The notes under the pieces are model-generated. The model was not told where the DNA came from and did no database searches. It saw nothing but the letters and a program-made list of their open reading frames with translations. Positions 28,733-37,955 of a stretch of DNA of 57,949 nucleotides are shown here, piece after piece. Position numbers and translations under genes: made by a program. Every line of letters starts with the position of its first letter. Position 1 is the stretch's first letter. Source of the stretch: a bacterium (GTDB taxonomy: Bacteria; JACRDZ01; JAQUKH01); contig JAQUKH010000014.1 of the NCBI GenBank assembly GCA_028719205.1, positions 1-57,949 of the forward strand, read 5' to 3'.

Positions 28733-29005
28733 TCTATGCCCTATGCTCTATGCGCCATGCCTCTTCACTGGTGACTGGTGACTTTACAACTTGTGACTTT
28801 TTTTGTTGTCTATATTTTTTCTGATGAGTTTTTTAACTTCGTTCCCAACAAGCTTTGGGATTTGTTTTTTGATTTCATCGGTTATTTTTTCCATTTATTT
28901 TTTCTCTTCTGTTCTTCCTAGCTTTTATCTTTACTTGTGACTTGTGATCTTGCAACTTGTAACTTTATTCCTGCTGGTGACTTGTGACCTGGTGCTCTGG
29001 CGACT
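28733..29005. repeat. Mixed heptamer arrays (CTATGCT and TTGTGAC types)
   Basis: CTCTATGCCCTATGCTCTATGCGCCATGC; CTTGTGACTTGTGATCTTGCAACTTGTAAC. Confidence 0.7.
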
Positions 29006-29057
29006 TATTAATAGATTATATCAAAGATTTGGATTGGTATTAGAATATTTTTTATTC

Positions 29058-29082
29058 GTAGGGGCGATCCGGCGGGTCGCCC
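29058..29082 (+). repeat. GTAG REP at left edge of AT-rich island
   Basis: GTAGGGGCGATCCGGCGGGTCGCCC. Confidence 0.8.
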
Positions 29083-29166
29083 TTTTAATGTATTTTTTGA
29101 ATAATTTTGAAGCAGATTATAAAAAGTCAACTCTTTTAATCTCTTAGCTACGTGATACTTGATCTA

Positions 29167-29760
29167 TTATGTCTTTGGCAATTTATTTTTATTATTTTGA
29201 GACTCACTTAGATCATTATTGGTAAAAGTAGTGGTTTGGAAGTTCCGTATAACAAAATATATATAAAAAGGAAAAAGACTGGCATAAAAAAATCCCAATA
29301 CAATTGCACCCAAATTATCATATTTTTGAACTCTAAAAAAAGCTAATGTAGCACCCCCTGCATAATACAATGCAGATGCAATAATAACTGAACAGAGAAA
29401 ATACTTTTCAGCACTGCGATTATTTTCTCCGTGTTTTTCAAGAAATTCTTCCCATCCAATTATATGTTTTGATTTTAGTTTCGGTTCAATATGTATACGA
29501 ATATAACGTCCTGCTCTCATAATACTATTTTGTTCAAACGAAAGCATTAATACAACAACTGCTGTAATTATTGGACTTACAATTATTACAAAATCTAAAT
29601 TAAGTTTTTCTCCAGCAGCAACCAAAAGTGGAATTCCTGATATGGAGATTGTTTGAGTTCGAACAACTCTTTCTTTAAGCGCCAATATTTCTGTTCTTAG
29701 AGTATTAAACTGATTAATAAGAAATTCTCTATCTTTATCGTTTGCAATTTCGTGATTCAT
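29167..29760 (-). CDS. Hypothetical 4-TM membrane protein
   Basis: Helical N-terminus QFNTLRTEI, two TM pairs separated by RAGRYIRIHIEP..GWE; GAGG RBS. Confidence 0.75.
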   Translation of the reverse strand: MNHEIANDKDREFLINQFNTLRTEILALKERVVRTQTISISGIPLLVAAGEKLNLDFVIIVSPIITAVVVLMLSFEQNSIMRAGRYIRIHIEPKLKSKHIIGWEEFLEKHGENNRSAEKYFLCSVIIASALYYAGGATLAFFRVQKYDNLGAIVLGFFYASLFPFYIYFVIRNFQTTTFTNNDLSESQNNKNKLPKT

Positions 29761-29773
29761 ACAACCTCTATTT

Positions 29774-30778
29774 TTAAAAACTCTTAATAAACTGCATCTT
29801 TTTTAGTCCATATGATGCTGCGCCAATTAAAGCTGATTCATGGTTAAGTACTATATACACTGGGATTTTTGATATTAGTTCTTTCATTTTCCCCTTTTGT
29901 TTAAAAGAATTCATAAATTGCCCATTCTTCAAAATTGATAGAATCCGGGGTGGAATCCCACCGCACACATAAAGACCAGCCGTAGATAATGTTTTCAAAG
30001 TTAAATTACCTGCTTCTGCCCCTAGAATAGAAATAAATATGTCCAACGCGGCTGTGCATATATCACACTTTTTATTTAGAGCAGCATCAATAATAATCGG
30101 AGTTATGTCAATATTGCTATTTTCATTTATTTGTTTAGTTAACCAATCGGGTTCTTTATACTTATCAGAATTTCTTAAAAAATAATAAATATTTGATATC
30201 CCTTTTCCGGAACAAACAGTTTCATAACTAACATGGTTTAATTGAGTTAATAGATAATTTAATAATTCTACTTCTATAGAATTGGTCGGAGCAAAATCAG
30301 TATGACCTCCCTGAGAAGGATAAATAAAATAACGATTTTTTCCCCATCCTAGAAAGGATTCACCTAATCCTGTACCAGGAGCAATAATGGAAATATTTCC
30401 ATTATGATTTTTTTCACCTAGGTTTAAAGTATATATTTCAGATTCTTTAAGATGTGGCAAAGCATAAGCTGTTGCTTCTAAATCATTTAATATTTTAACA
30501 TTTGAAATATTCAGTGATTTTTTAATATTATTTTCATCTATTGTCCAATTTAAGTTTGTTATTTTAGTTTTTCCTAACATTATAGGCCCTGCAACACCAA
30601 AACAGGCCATATTTATTTTGTAGTTTGTTTCGCTAAGAAAATCTTTTATTACACTTTCAAAATTGACATAATTTGAATTTTGATATAATTTTTTATTTAA
30701 GGTGTCTATAACTCCAGCTTTGAGCCTAAAAATCCCTAGTATTGTTTTTGTTGCACCAACATCGCCTGCAATTATCAT
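29774..30778 (-). CDS. glk: Glucokinase
   Basis: AGDVGATKT, FGVAGP, TNLNW, LNDLEA, PGTGLG, GGHTDF, GGIPPRI, F..KG. Confidence 0.93.
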   Translation of the reverse strand: MIIAGDVGATKTILGIFRLKAGVIDTLNKKLYQNSNYVNFESVIKDFLSETNYKINMACFGVAGPIMLGKTKITNLNWTIDENNIKKSLNISNVKILNDLEATAYALPHLKESEIYTLNLGEKNHNGNISIIAPGTGLGESFLGWGKNRYFIYPSQGGHTDFAPTNSIEVELLNYLLTQLNHVSYETVCSGKGISNIYYFLRNSDKYKEPDWLTKQINENSNIDITPIIIDAALNKKCDICTAALDIFISILGAEAGNLTLKTLSTAGLYVCGGIPPRILSILKNGQFMNSFKQKGKMKELISKIPVYIVLNHESALIGAASYGLKKMQFIKSF

Positions 30779-30995
30779 TATTATTTTCCCTTTTTGATAT
30801 TTATTTTATAGTTGAAAATAAATTTATTTAATTTAGCTATTATTTCATTAATTAATCTTATCTAACAATAAATAAGATGTCAAGGAAAAATATAAAAACC
30901 AAAAGCTATTTATACAACTTTAATTTTCAAAAATATTCTTCCTTTTATATTAAAGTGTCTCGGAAATAGAGACCAATATAAAAGCTCAATATTTA

Positions 30996-31151
30996 TTAAT
31001 TCCCACCCAAAAATGACTTCCTTACTTCATCATTATTTAAAAGATTTTGACCGGTGTCTTCTAAAAATATTTTTCCAATTTGAAAAACGTATCCTCTGTG
31101 AGCATATTCTAAGGCTGTGTAAGCGTTTTGTTCGACGAGTAAAATAGTGGT
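30996..31151 (-). pseudogene. 3' fragment of LivF-type branched-chain amino acid ABC ATPase
   Basis: Manual translation TTILLVEQNAYTALEYAHRGYVFQIGKIFLEDTGQNLLNNDEVRKSFLGGN*; no start, in-frame stop just upstream. Confidence 0.85.
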
Positions 31152-31299
31152 TCTGACCTACCCCCATCTATTATGCCACTAGCAGCTTAGTAATTCCACT
31201 TTCCAGGTTTTCTAAGACCGTCATTGATGTGAATAATCTTCTAAATTCGGGGACGATTGAAAGGCCTTTTTTTATTATATTTTATTGCAGGTATGGCAA

Positions 31300-32784
31300 T
31301 CAATTTATTATTGCTATAAGAAAATCGGCAAAATTTGTATGTATTTGATCTAATTTAATTTTCATTCCCTTTTGATTGATTATATTTTTTATTTCTTCTT
31401 CTTCGAATAATTTTTTAAATTCCTCACCTAATAAAAAATTTCTTCCAGTATCTTTTAAAAAATTTATATAATATTTATTTAATAATTTAGAAACCCGTCC
31501 TGTATGTTTTGGATCTTCACAATCAAGAATAATTATTTTATTTTTAGTTACTCTTATTAAATGTACAATTGTTTTACATATTTCGTTATAATCTCTCATA
31601 TGGTGAAGCGAATTTTTACAAATACTAATATCAAAATAATTATCAGTATAAGGTAAGTCTGGAGCAGCATGATTCGTCAAAAATATATTTTTTATTTTTT
31701 TTAGTATTTTATATTCAGTTAATATTTTTAGGGATACTAGGGACACGTCATTCCCAATTATTATACTATTTTTAGGTAATTTTTCATTTATATTAAAAAG
31801 AGATCTATCTTCCCCACAAGATACATCTAAATATTTTATAGGCTTATTATCTATTGTTGATTGCTTAATTTCATTATAAATAATATTTTTTATTTTTGAT
31901 TTTCTAAAAACAAAATTAAATATAGGTTTCATTATATAATTGTGGATTGCAATTCTATATTTTATAGATTGACTTGCTTCTGTTTCAATAGTATTTGGGT
32001 CAATATATTTATTTTTATGTATTTCTTTACCTTTAAGAAATGTTAATCGTTCGATTCCATGGCAAAATAAGTTATCATTTATTGAATTAATATCCACCAA
32101 AATACCTTCTGTTTTTTCTGATCTTTTATTGAAAAAATCATTCGAAGAATGACTCAAATAACATGTAAATGCAATACCTTCATGTGAATGATATTTATTA
32201 TCTGACGTATAATAATGATTTTCAAAATGCATTATTGGACGAGCTTCTCCAATAGAAGCACCTTTCAGTTCCTTATTGGCTATTCTTTGGACAGCCTCTA
32301 TAATAGATTCCCTCATATCATATATTTTAACTCCACCAGATGGTAGTGAATATATAGCCTGTTGAAAAAGGCTATTATTTAATGGTAAATCATTAAATAT
32401 TTGTGGACTCAAATGATTTAATAGAGGCGAACATATATCAATAGTATAATTTCCATTAGAAAAATTGTATTTATTATTTTCTTTTTTATCAGTAAGTTTC
32501 AGCATCATTTTTTCATAATTTGAATTTTGAGATAAGGTATCTTTTTCTGTTATAACAAATTTTGAATGTAATTTTGGAGCAACATAAATTTCATAGCGGT
32601 GTGTATAAATAAATAATATTATAAAAAAACGCCTTTTTTGACAATAAATAAAAAAAGGGTTTGGGGTATCCCTAATAAATGAATGTTTTGTGGGAAGAGA
32701 ATACAATTCTTTATATAGCTTAAACTCTTCCGCAACTTCTTTATCAAAAAATCCAGTGATTTGTTTATTATTATTTTTGTCCAT
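31300..32784 (-). CDS. Fusion of degenerate Nudix-like domain and class I SAM methyltransferase
   Basis: LPSGGV....ESIIEAVQRIANKELKG; YLDVSCG, GNDVS, DLPYTDNYFD, SLHH. Confidence 0.75.
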   Translation of the reverse strand: MDKNNNKQITGFFDKEVAEEFKLYKELYSLPTKHSFIRDTPNPFFIYCQKRRFFIILFIYTHRYEIYVAPKLHSKFVITEKDTLSQNSNYEKMMLKLTDKKENNKYNFSNGNYTIDICSPLLNHLSPQIFNDLPLNNSLFQQAIYSLPSGGVKIYDMRESIIEAVQRIANKELKGASIGEARPIMHFENHYYTSDNKYHSHEGIAFTCYLSHSSNDFFNKRSEKTEGILVDINSINDNLFCHGIERLTFLKGKEIHKNKYIDPNTIETEASQSIKYRIAIHNYIMKPIFNFVFRKSKIKNIIYNEIKQSTIDNKPIKYLDVSCGEDRSLFNINEKLPKNSIIIGNDVSLVSLKILTEYKILKKIKNIFLTNHAAPDLPYTDNYFDISICKNSLHHMRDYNEICKTIVHLIRVTKNKIIILDCEDPKHTGRVSKLLNKYYINFLKDTGRNFLLGEEFKKLFEEEEIKNIINQKGMKIKLDQIHTNFADFLIAIIN

Positions 32785-32845
32785 AACAATTTATTAATTA
32801 CACCATTTTCCCTATTATTACCTTCTAATTTATATCATAATATTT

Positions 32846-33367
32846 TTATTGTACAATTATTTCTTCAGATATTGATAAATGATGAATAAGCTGATAATAT
32901 TTAAACGAAACTGGATAAATTTCCAATATTTCTATCCTAATATCTTTACCTGCAATATTAATATTTTTCAAATCACCCTTTTTCATGCCCATCAAATTGT
33001 GTGCAAGAGGACTATCATAAGTAATTAATCCATTTATAGGATCAGACTCTCCGAAAGCTCCAATAGTAAATTCTTCTTCTTCTCCATTAAAAAGAATTTT
33101 AGCTGTAGCACCTATTCTTATTGCTTCCTTTTGCTCGTGTATTTCAATGATATTTACCCCATCTAAGAGTGATTTTAGCTTTTTTAAAATTGTTGATTCC
33201 ATTTCTAGTCTACGTTTTGCATCTTCATAACTAAAATTATCATGCCAATCGCAACTTATACCTGCAGCATCTCCCATTTCCTTACCAATATTTTTAACTT
33301 TTTCCTCTTGCTTTTTAATTTTTTTATTTACTAATTCTAACCCTTTTAGTGTAAAATATTTTTTCAT
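32846..33367 (-). CDS. GreA/GreB family factor, atypical tip
   Basis: T..GL coiled coil, DWHDNFSYE, IGAT, ESDP..G.ITYDSPLA..LMG.K.GD. Confidence 0.88.
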   Translation of the reverse strand: MKKYFTLKGLELVNKKIKKQEEKVKNIGKEMGDAAGISCDWHDNFSYEDAKRRLEMESTILKKLKSLLDGVNIIEIHEQKEAIRIGATAKILFNGEEEEFTIGAFGESDPINGLITYDSPLAHNLMGMKKGDLKNINIAGKDIRIEILEIYPVSFKYYQLIHHLSISEEIIVQ

Positions 33368-33398
33368 ATAATTACCTTTATAACAGAAACAACAAATA

Positions 33399-33992
33399 TT
33401 ATGATGATATTAATTTGAAACAATTGTTACTTATTTTTTGAATAGGTATATTTCCATCAATAATATTATCACACATGTCCATAACTTTAATTAACTGACA
33501 CCCATTATCAGTATCTGAGTTTTCTTTCTCAATATAATTAAGAATATTGTAATTATTATTCGAATCTATTTCCCTTTGTCTTTTTTTTATCCTAATAAGA
33601 CGTGTTGCTAAAGAAACTTCTACTCCAATAAGAAAGAAATCATAGAATTTATTTCTAAATAAAATAACTTCTTCGGTAGTTCTTATCCCATCAATAATAA
33701 ATCTTTCTATATTTTCACGTTTAATCTTTTCGATCGCCATTTTGGCAAGGATATCATTCCCCTTTTCTTCCCTCATTAAATTTGCAATTGTAAAATAATC
33801 TATTCTGTCGGATATTTTTATACCTTTAACATATGCCTCGTTTTTTATAAAATCCGAAAGAGAAATTATTGAATAATTTAGTCTAGATATTATTTCGCAA
33901 ATTGTTGATTTCCCAGATGCTATCCCTCCAGCAATACCTATATGTTTTTTTGTAATAATATTTGTTTCTATTCTTTCCATAAGCCACATCAA
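33399..33992 (-). CDS. P-loop nucleotide kinase (dephospho-CoA/NMP kinase-like)
   Basis: GIAGGIASGKST, LSD, IIDGIR..EE, R..R...R lid. Confidence 0.85.
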   Translation of the reverse strand: MMWLMERIETNIITKKHIGIAGGIASGKSTICEIISRLNYSIISLSDFIKNEAYVKGIKISDRIDYFTIANLMREEKGNDILAKMAIEKIKRENIERFIIDGIRTTEEVILFRNKFYDFFLIGVEVSLATRLIRIKKRQREIDSNNNYNILNYIEKENSDTDNGCQLIKVMDMCDNIIDGNIPIQKISNNCFKLISS

Positions 33993-34096
33993 TGATTTAT
34001 TTATGATTTAATTGTATGTTTATTTTTATTATAATCTAAATATTATTATTTATATTTTATTTTTATCAAATGCATTGTACAATCAACGCTTTAATC

Positions 34097-34774
34097 TCAC
34101 CGGTTCAAGGGAGTAGAAGACCGTAGTGGATCTGTTGTGGCAATTGTGTTAGCGACTTTAGACCCCGTAGCCTTAGTCTTTGCGAATGAAGTCTTTACTA
34201 GTTCATCGAACTCACTGTCTTTGATTCTTACGAGTGTCATATGTGTCTGTGTAAGAATATCAGCCATATCTACGAAGTATCCATTCCCATACTCAACATT
34301 CCCATTAGCATTTTTGTAGAACTTGATATACCCATAGTTGCGTATACGTTTACCATCTTTAAGTATGGTCGCATCAGAAGTAAACGACATCTCTTCTTTC
34401 TCTTCGTCATAATGAATGTCCCGGCTAGTCCATTCGGCACCAATCGTACCATCTGCATTTATCCCATACCCTTTATAGACATAGTCTCTGTGTGAAAAGT
34501 ATATCTTACATATACTGATGGGTCTTTCTTGGTTGTTAGTCATACTAATTATCCATGTTCCTTCAACCTTATTAAGAGGAGACAACCGACGCGCCAAGGA
34601 CTTACTACCACCAATAAGTTCATAAATCACCAGAAGTAGTACTCCTACAGCGACTGCACCTGTTAGCGCAGCAGAAACCGGCCATTGAAGGATTTTAGTA
34701 AAGAAATGGTCATAGGCTATTGGTACTAGTAAGCCAATTATAGCACCATATGCAGCAGCAATAGTTTTCTTCAT
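34097..34774 (-). CDS. 2TM plus beta-strand-rich protein (Cap15/S-2TM-beta-like)
   Basis: Two N-terminal TM helices, then VEGTW and alternating beta strands ending G.GYFVD; AGGAG RBS. Confidence 0.65.
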   Translation of the reverse strand: MKKTIAAAYGAIIGLLVPIAYDHFFTKILQWPVSAALTGAVAVGVLLLVIYELIGGSKSLARRLSPLNKVEGTWIISMTNNQERPISICKIYFSHRDYVYKGYGINADGTIGAEWTSRDIHYDEEKEEMSFTSDATILKDGKRIRNYGYIKFYKNANGNVEYGNGYFVDMADILTQTHMTLVRIKDSEFDELVKTSFAKTKATGSKVANTIATTDPLRSSTPLNR

Positions 34775-35434
34775 TTTTCACACTCCTTTGAAACCGCCAA
34801 ACAACGAGTCATCTTAGTTCGGTGTTAATAAACGCAGTGTAAATACCATATAATATTAGAAAATAAGGTTTTTAAATATAAATTTAATACACTATTTTAA
34901 ACAATCACATTACTAATCGGTTTACTATAGCAAAAACTAATATACACAATATCTAGTCATTAATAATTTTAGATTATATCCACAAAATTTATCTCAATTT
35001 ATTGTAGTTAAGCATTTTGTAAATTTTTATTAGATTTAGACCTTCAACTTAACTTAAACATTTTATTTTAATTTATTTTATACCAGACTTTTTTAAAAAT
35101 TTATATATTCGTTTTATCTAAATACTAAAATTATGATTTTTTGCGAAAATATCTCGAGACTTGGCTGAAATGATAGACAAACCTGCTTACGGCAGGTAAG
35201 AATGAATAGATATGGCCACTTCTCGTCCGCCTTTGGCGGATTTACACAACGAAACAATTTTATAACTTATATCATAATTTTTATTTATGTTCAATAAAAT
35301 AATTTAACAATAGAGGCTTTAATTTGATTTGGATAGAAAGTCGAAAATAGTTTTTAAAATCAGAATCACATTTTGGTACACCAGTCTTGCATCTTTCCCA
35401 TGGGACTTGGTCTTGTTCATATCAAAAATAGCAA

Positions 35435-35827
35435 CTAATATCCATTATCGACCGTGTTTCTAAGATACATATAGGATTGAGGTGGAGAAGCGTTAAAGTC
35501 TTGGCGTATACATAGTGGTTTTACATATTTTTTATTATCTCCAATTTTAATAGCATGGGCAACATTTCTATCAGTGAAGTATTCAAAGAAAAAGTCCTCG
35601 GAAATACCTGAATATTTTTTAGTCTTTTTCCAAAGCATATCAGGTGTTAGGCTGATTATATCTTCAATTTCGAATTCTCCGATAACTTGCTGAACTGGCG
35701 ATGATGCGTAAACAACTACAGTCTTTATGTTTGGATTTTTGAAAATGATTTTTCTAAATTCAAATTTCTTAGTGCCTTCAAAAATCTTGGAAGCATATTC
35801 GGGTTTTATTGATAGTAATACTCTCAT
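35435..35827 (-). CDS. ASCH domain protein
   Basis: LLSIKPEYA.KIF.G.KKFEFRK, VYASSP, GEF, PPQSY.Y. Confidence 0.92.
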   Translation of the reverse strand: MRVLLSIKPEYASKIFEGTKKFEFRKIIFKNPNIKTVVVYASSPVQQVIGEFEIEDIISLTPDMLWKKTKKYSGISEDFFFEYFTDRNVAHAIKIGDNKKYVKPLCIRQDFNASPPQSYMYLRNTVDNGY

Positions 35828-37347
35828 TTTTTGTAGGCAAATTTAACTAGTGAATTGAAATGTTCTCTATTCATTTTTATAAATCCTCTTGGCATATTTG
35901 TTATATCGGGTATTATTCCTAAAATATTTAAATCATTTAGTGTCGGCTTTGGTGTTGGAAATGAATGTGCGTAAAGAAAATTGATAACAAATGGTTTGTA
36001 ATCAGGATATTTGTCCCAATATTTCGTTTTTAATTCATCTTCTGAAATAACGGTTCTCTTCCTACAAATCGCGAGTAATTCTTCAAAAGATGTCAAATTA
36101 TTTTTTACATTTTCCACTATACAAATAGTTGTAACGGTACTCGAATATATTTTTGGAGTAGTTTCCCCCTTCCTATATATTACCAATATATCACCAGATT
36201 TTAGATATCTATCTTTCGAATGAGAAATATATACTTTGCTAATAGCATTTCTATATGGTTTATTTTCAATAAAGTCCTTTGGAGATTCGATAGTAAGAAT
36301 TGAATCAGGAAATAATTCGGTATGGTATTGTGGTTCAATTTTTATAATGTAAATGTTTGTTTCTTTCGAAAGAAAAGGAAAAGTATATTTAGGATTTTCA
36401 ATATTTGCCGGTAGGTTTTTATCAAAATGCCTTACATAAACTTTTTCTTCCTTATTTTGTGTAATCTTTATACCATGATATTTAAAACCCCATTCTTCTA
36501 GTAAAGCAATCAGCCTTTGATGTTCTTCCCTTTCATCAAAAATAGTTACATAAATTTCATTTACTTTTTGCTTAAGGGCATTATCAAAAATAATTTTTAA
36601 AAATCTTTCCCCGATTTTATAGCCATTATTTACAACTTTAAACGTTCCAATTTTCAGTCTTCTTTTCTTTATAAAAGTTGGTGTGATATCTGAATAGTTT
36701 TCATCTTCATTTTCAACTTTGATAAATAAAAAGGCTGATAAAATTTCGTCTTTATAACAGACATATGAAATTTCATCAGATTTTTTTCTGAACCATTTAT
36801 CAAAATCATGATAATCTTCCCTAAAACTGTCGAAGAAAGTATCAGATAGATTTACTTCCCCAAAAAATTGTTTTCTAACAGCCAATATCTTGTAGTCAAC
36901 AAGATCAGGGTTTTCGGCCGTAACTTTTTCGAGAAAAGTATCTATACTAAACACCTTTTCAGAAATATTCAGAATTTTTGCTTTTGTATGTATTTTTTTG
37001 TCTTCAGAGATGAGAATATCTACTCTCTCGCTAAATACTTCATTTAAAATTCTTGAATCACATACATCATTATCAGTTATATCAAATTTGTCACTAACTT
37101 GCTTTATGATTCCATTAAATGGCGTTTCAGTTTTTAAAAGATAATAATTTTTGATTTTAATGTTTATAGTTTTTACTGTTTCCAAATCTTTGCTACGATT
37201 CAATTCTTCGACTGTGATAGGATGAATACATTTGGTGATTTTTAGTTTCGTGTTGTCGAGCCAATGGAACAAATACCCAATATCTGGATTAACTACCTTA
37301 CTGGCTTCTCTGTGAATGATTATGTTAGTATCAAGTAATACTCTCAT
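35824..37347 (-). CDS. PIN domain + GNAT acetyltransferase + PUA/ASCH-like multidomain protein
   Basis: LLDTNIII..E..D..ISED (PIN); LKIGTFKV..G.KIGERF, EIYVT, WGF (GNAT); YHTELFPDS, KVYI, GDILVIYR. Confidence 0.85.
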   Translation of the reverse strand: MRVLLDTNIIIHREASKVVNPDIGYLFHWLDNTKLKITKCIHPITVEELNRSKDLETVKTINIKIKNYYLLKTETPFNGIIKQVSDKFDITDNDVCDSRILNEVFSERVDILISEDKKIHTKAKILNISEKVFSIDTFLEKVTAENPDLVDYKILAVRKQFFGEVNLSDTFFDSFREDYHDFDKWFRKKSDEISYVCYKDEILSAFLFIKVENEDENYSDITPTFIKKRRLKIGTFKVVNNGYKIGERFLKIIFDNALKQKVNEIYVTIFDEREEHQRLIALLEEWGFKYHGIKITQNKEEKVYVRHFDKNLPANIENPKYTFPFLSKETNIYIIKIEPQYHTELFPDSILTIESPKDFIENKPYRNAISKVYISHSKDRYLKSGDILVIYRKGETTPKIYSSTVTTICIVENVKNNLTSFEELLAICRKRTVISEDELKTKYWDKYPDYKPFVINFLYAHSFPTPKPTLNDLNILGIIPDITNMPRGFIKMNREHFNSLVKFAYKK

Positions 37348-37901
37348 CTTGTAATATAATCTTTTAAGGCTTTAAAAATATCTGAAAAATCTGAATGATT
37401 TCCGATATTCAAAGTTATTCTCAATTTGTTAGATACTTCCTTGGCATAGTTAATTTCACTATTCTGCATTTTTTTTAACAATAAAATGTCATATGGCCGT
37501 TTATCTCTTTCTTCGAGTCTGTGTTTAATCTTAATTATATCATCTATTACTAAATTCAACGAGATAGGATTTATATTTCTAAACGTTTCAATTGGCACAT
37601 TTATAATATTACTTTCTTTATCAAACAGACAGTAATGACCATCAAGTAAATAGTAATGATTTTCCTTTACTTTGTTTATCAATCCTTGAATCAAAATATA
37701 TTGGGCATGAGGGATATCCATTACTTTTTTGTTTTTGGAGTCACTACTAATTTCTTTCCATTTTAGCACTTCGCTTGCTGATAAATAATCAATCTTTAAG
37801 TCATTGCATATTTGTCTGCAAATAGTGCTTTTTCCTACTCCGTGAATTCCTCCTAGAAAAGCAATATTTTTTAACATATCTGTCTTTTTTCTAGAAAACA
37901 T
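37344..37901 (-). CDS. P-loop kinase (archaeal adenylate kinase-like)
   Basis: GGIHGVGKST, SAS, LLDGH, I..RL..RD. Confidence 0.85.
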   Translation of the reverse strand: MFSRKKTDMLKNIAFLGGIHGVGKSTICRQICNDLKIDYLSASEVLKWKEISSDSKNKKVMDIPHAQYILIQGLINKVKENHYYLLDGHYCLFDKESNIINVPIETFRNINPISLNLVIDDIIKIKHRLEERDKRPYDILLLKKMQNSEINYAKEVSNKLRITLNIGNHSDFSDIFKALKDYITR

Positions 37902-37955
37902 ATAATCGCTCTAATTGTTGATACTAATATGTTTTCTTAATATCCCTAAATATAT

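Noticed and set aside
34097-34774. Complete CBASS or Pycsar system
   Set aside because: No CD-NTase or cyclase nearby; the only nucleotidyltransferase is the MNT antitoxin 9 kb away
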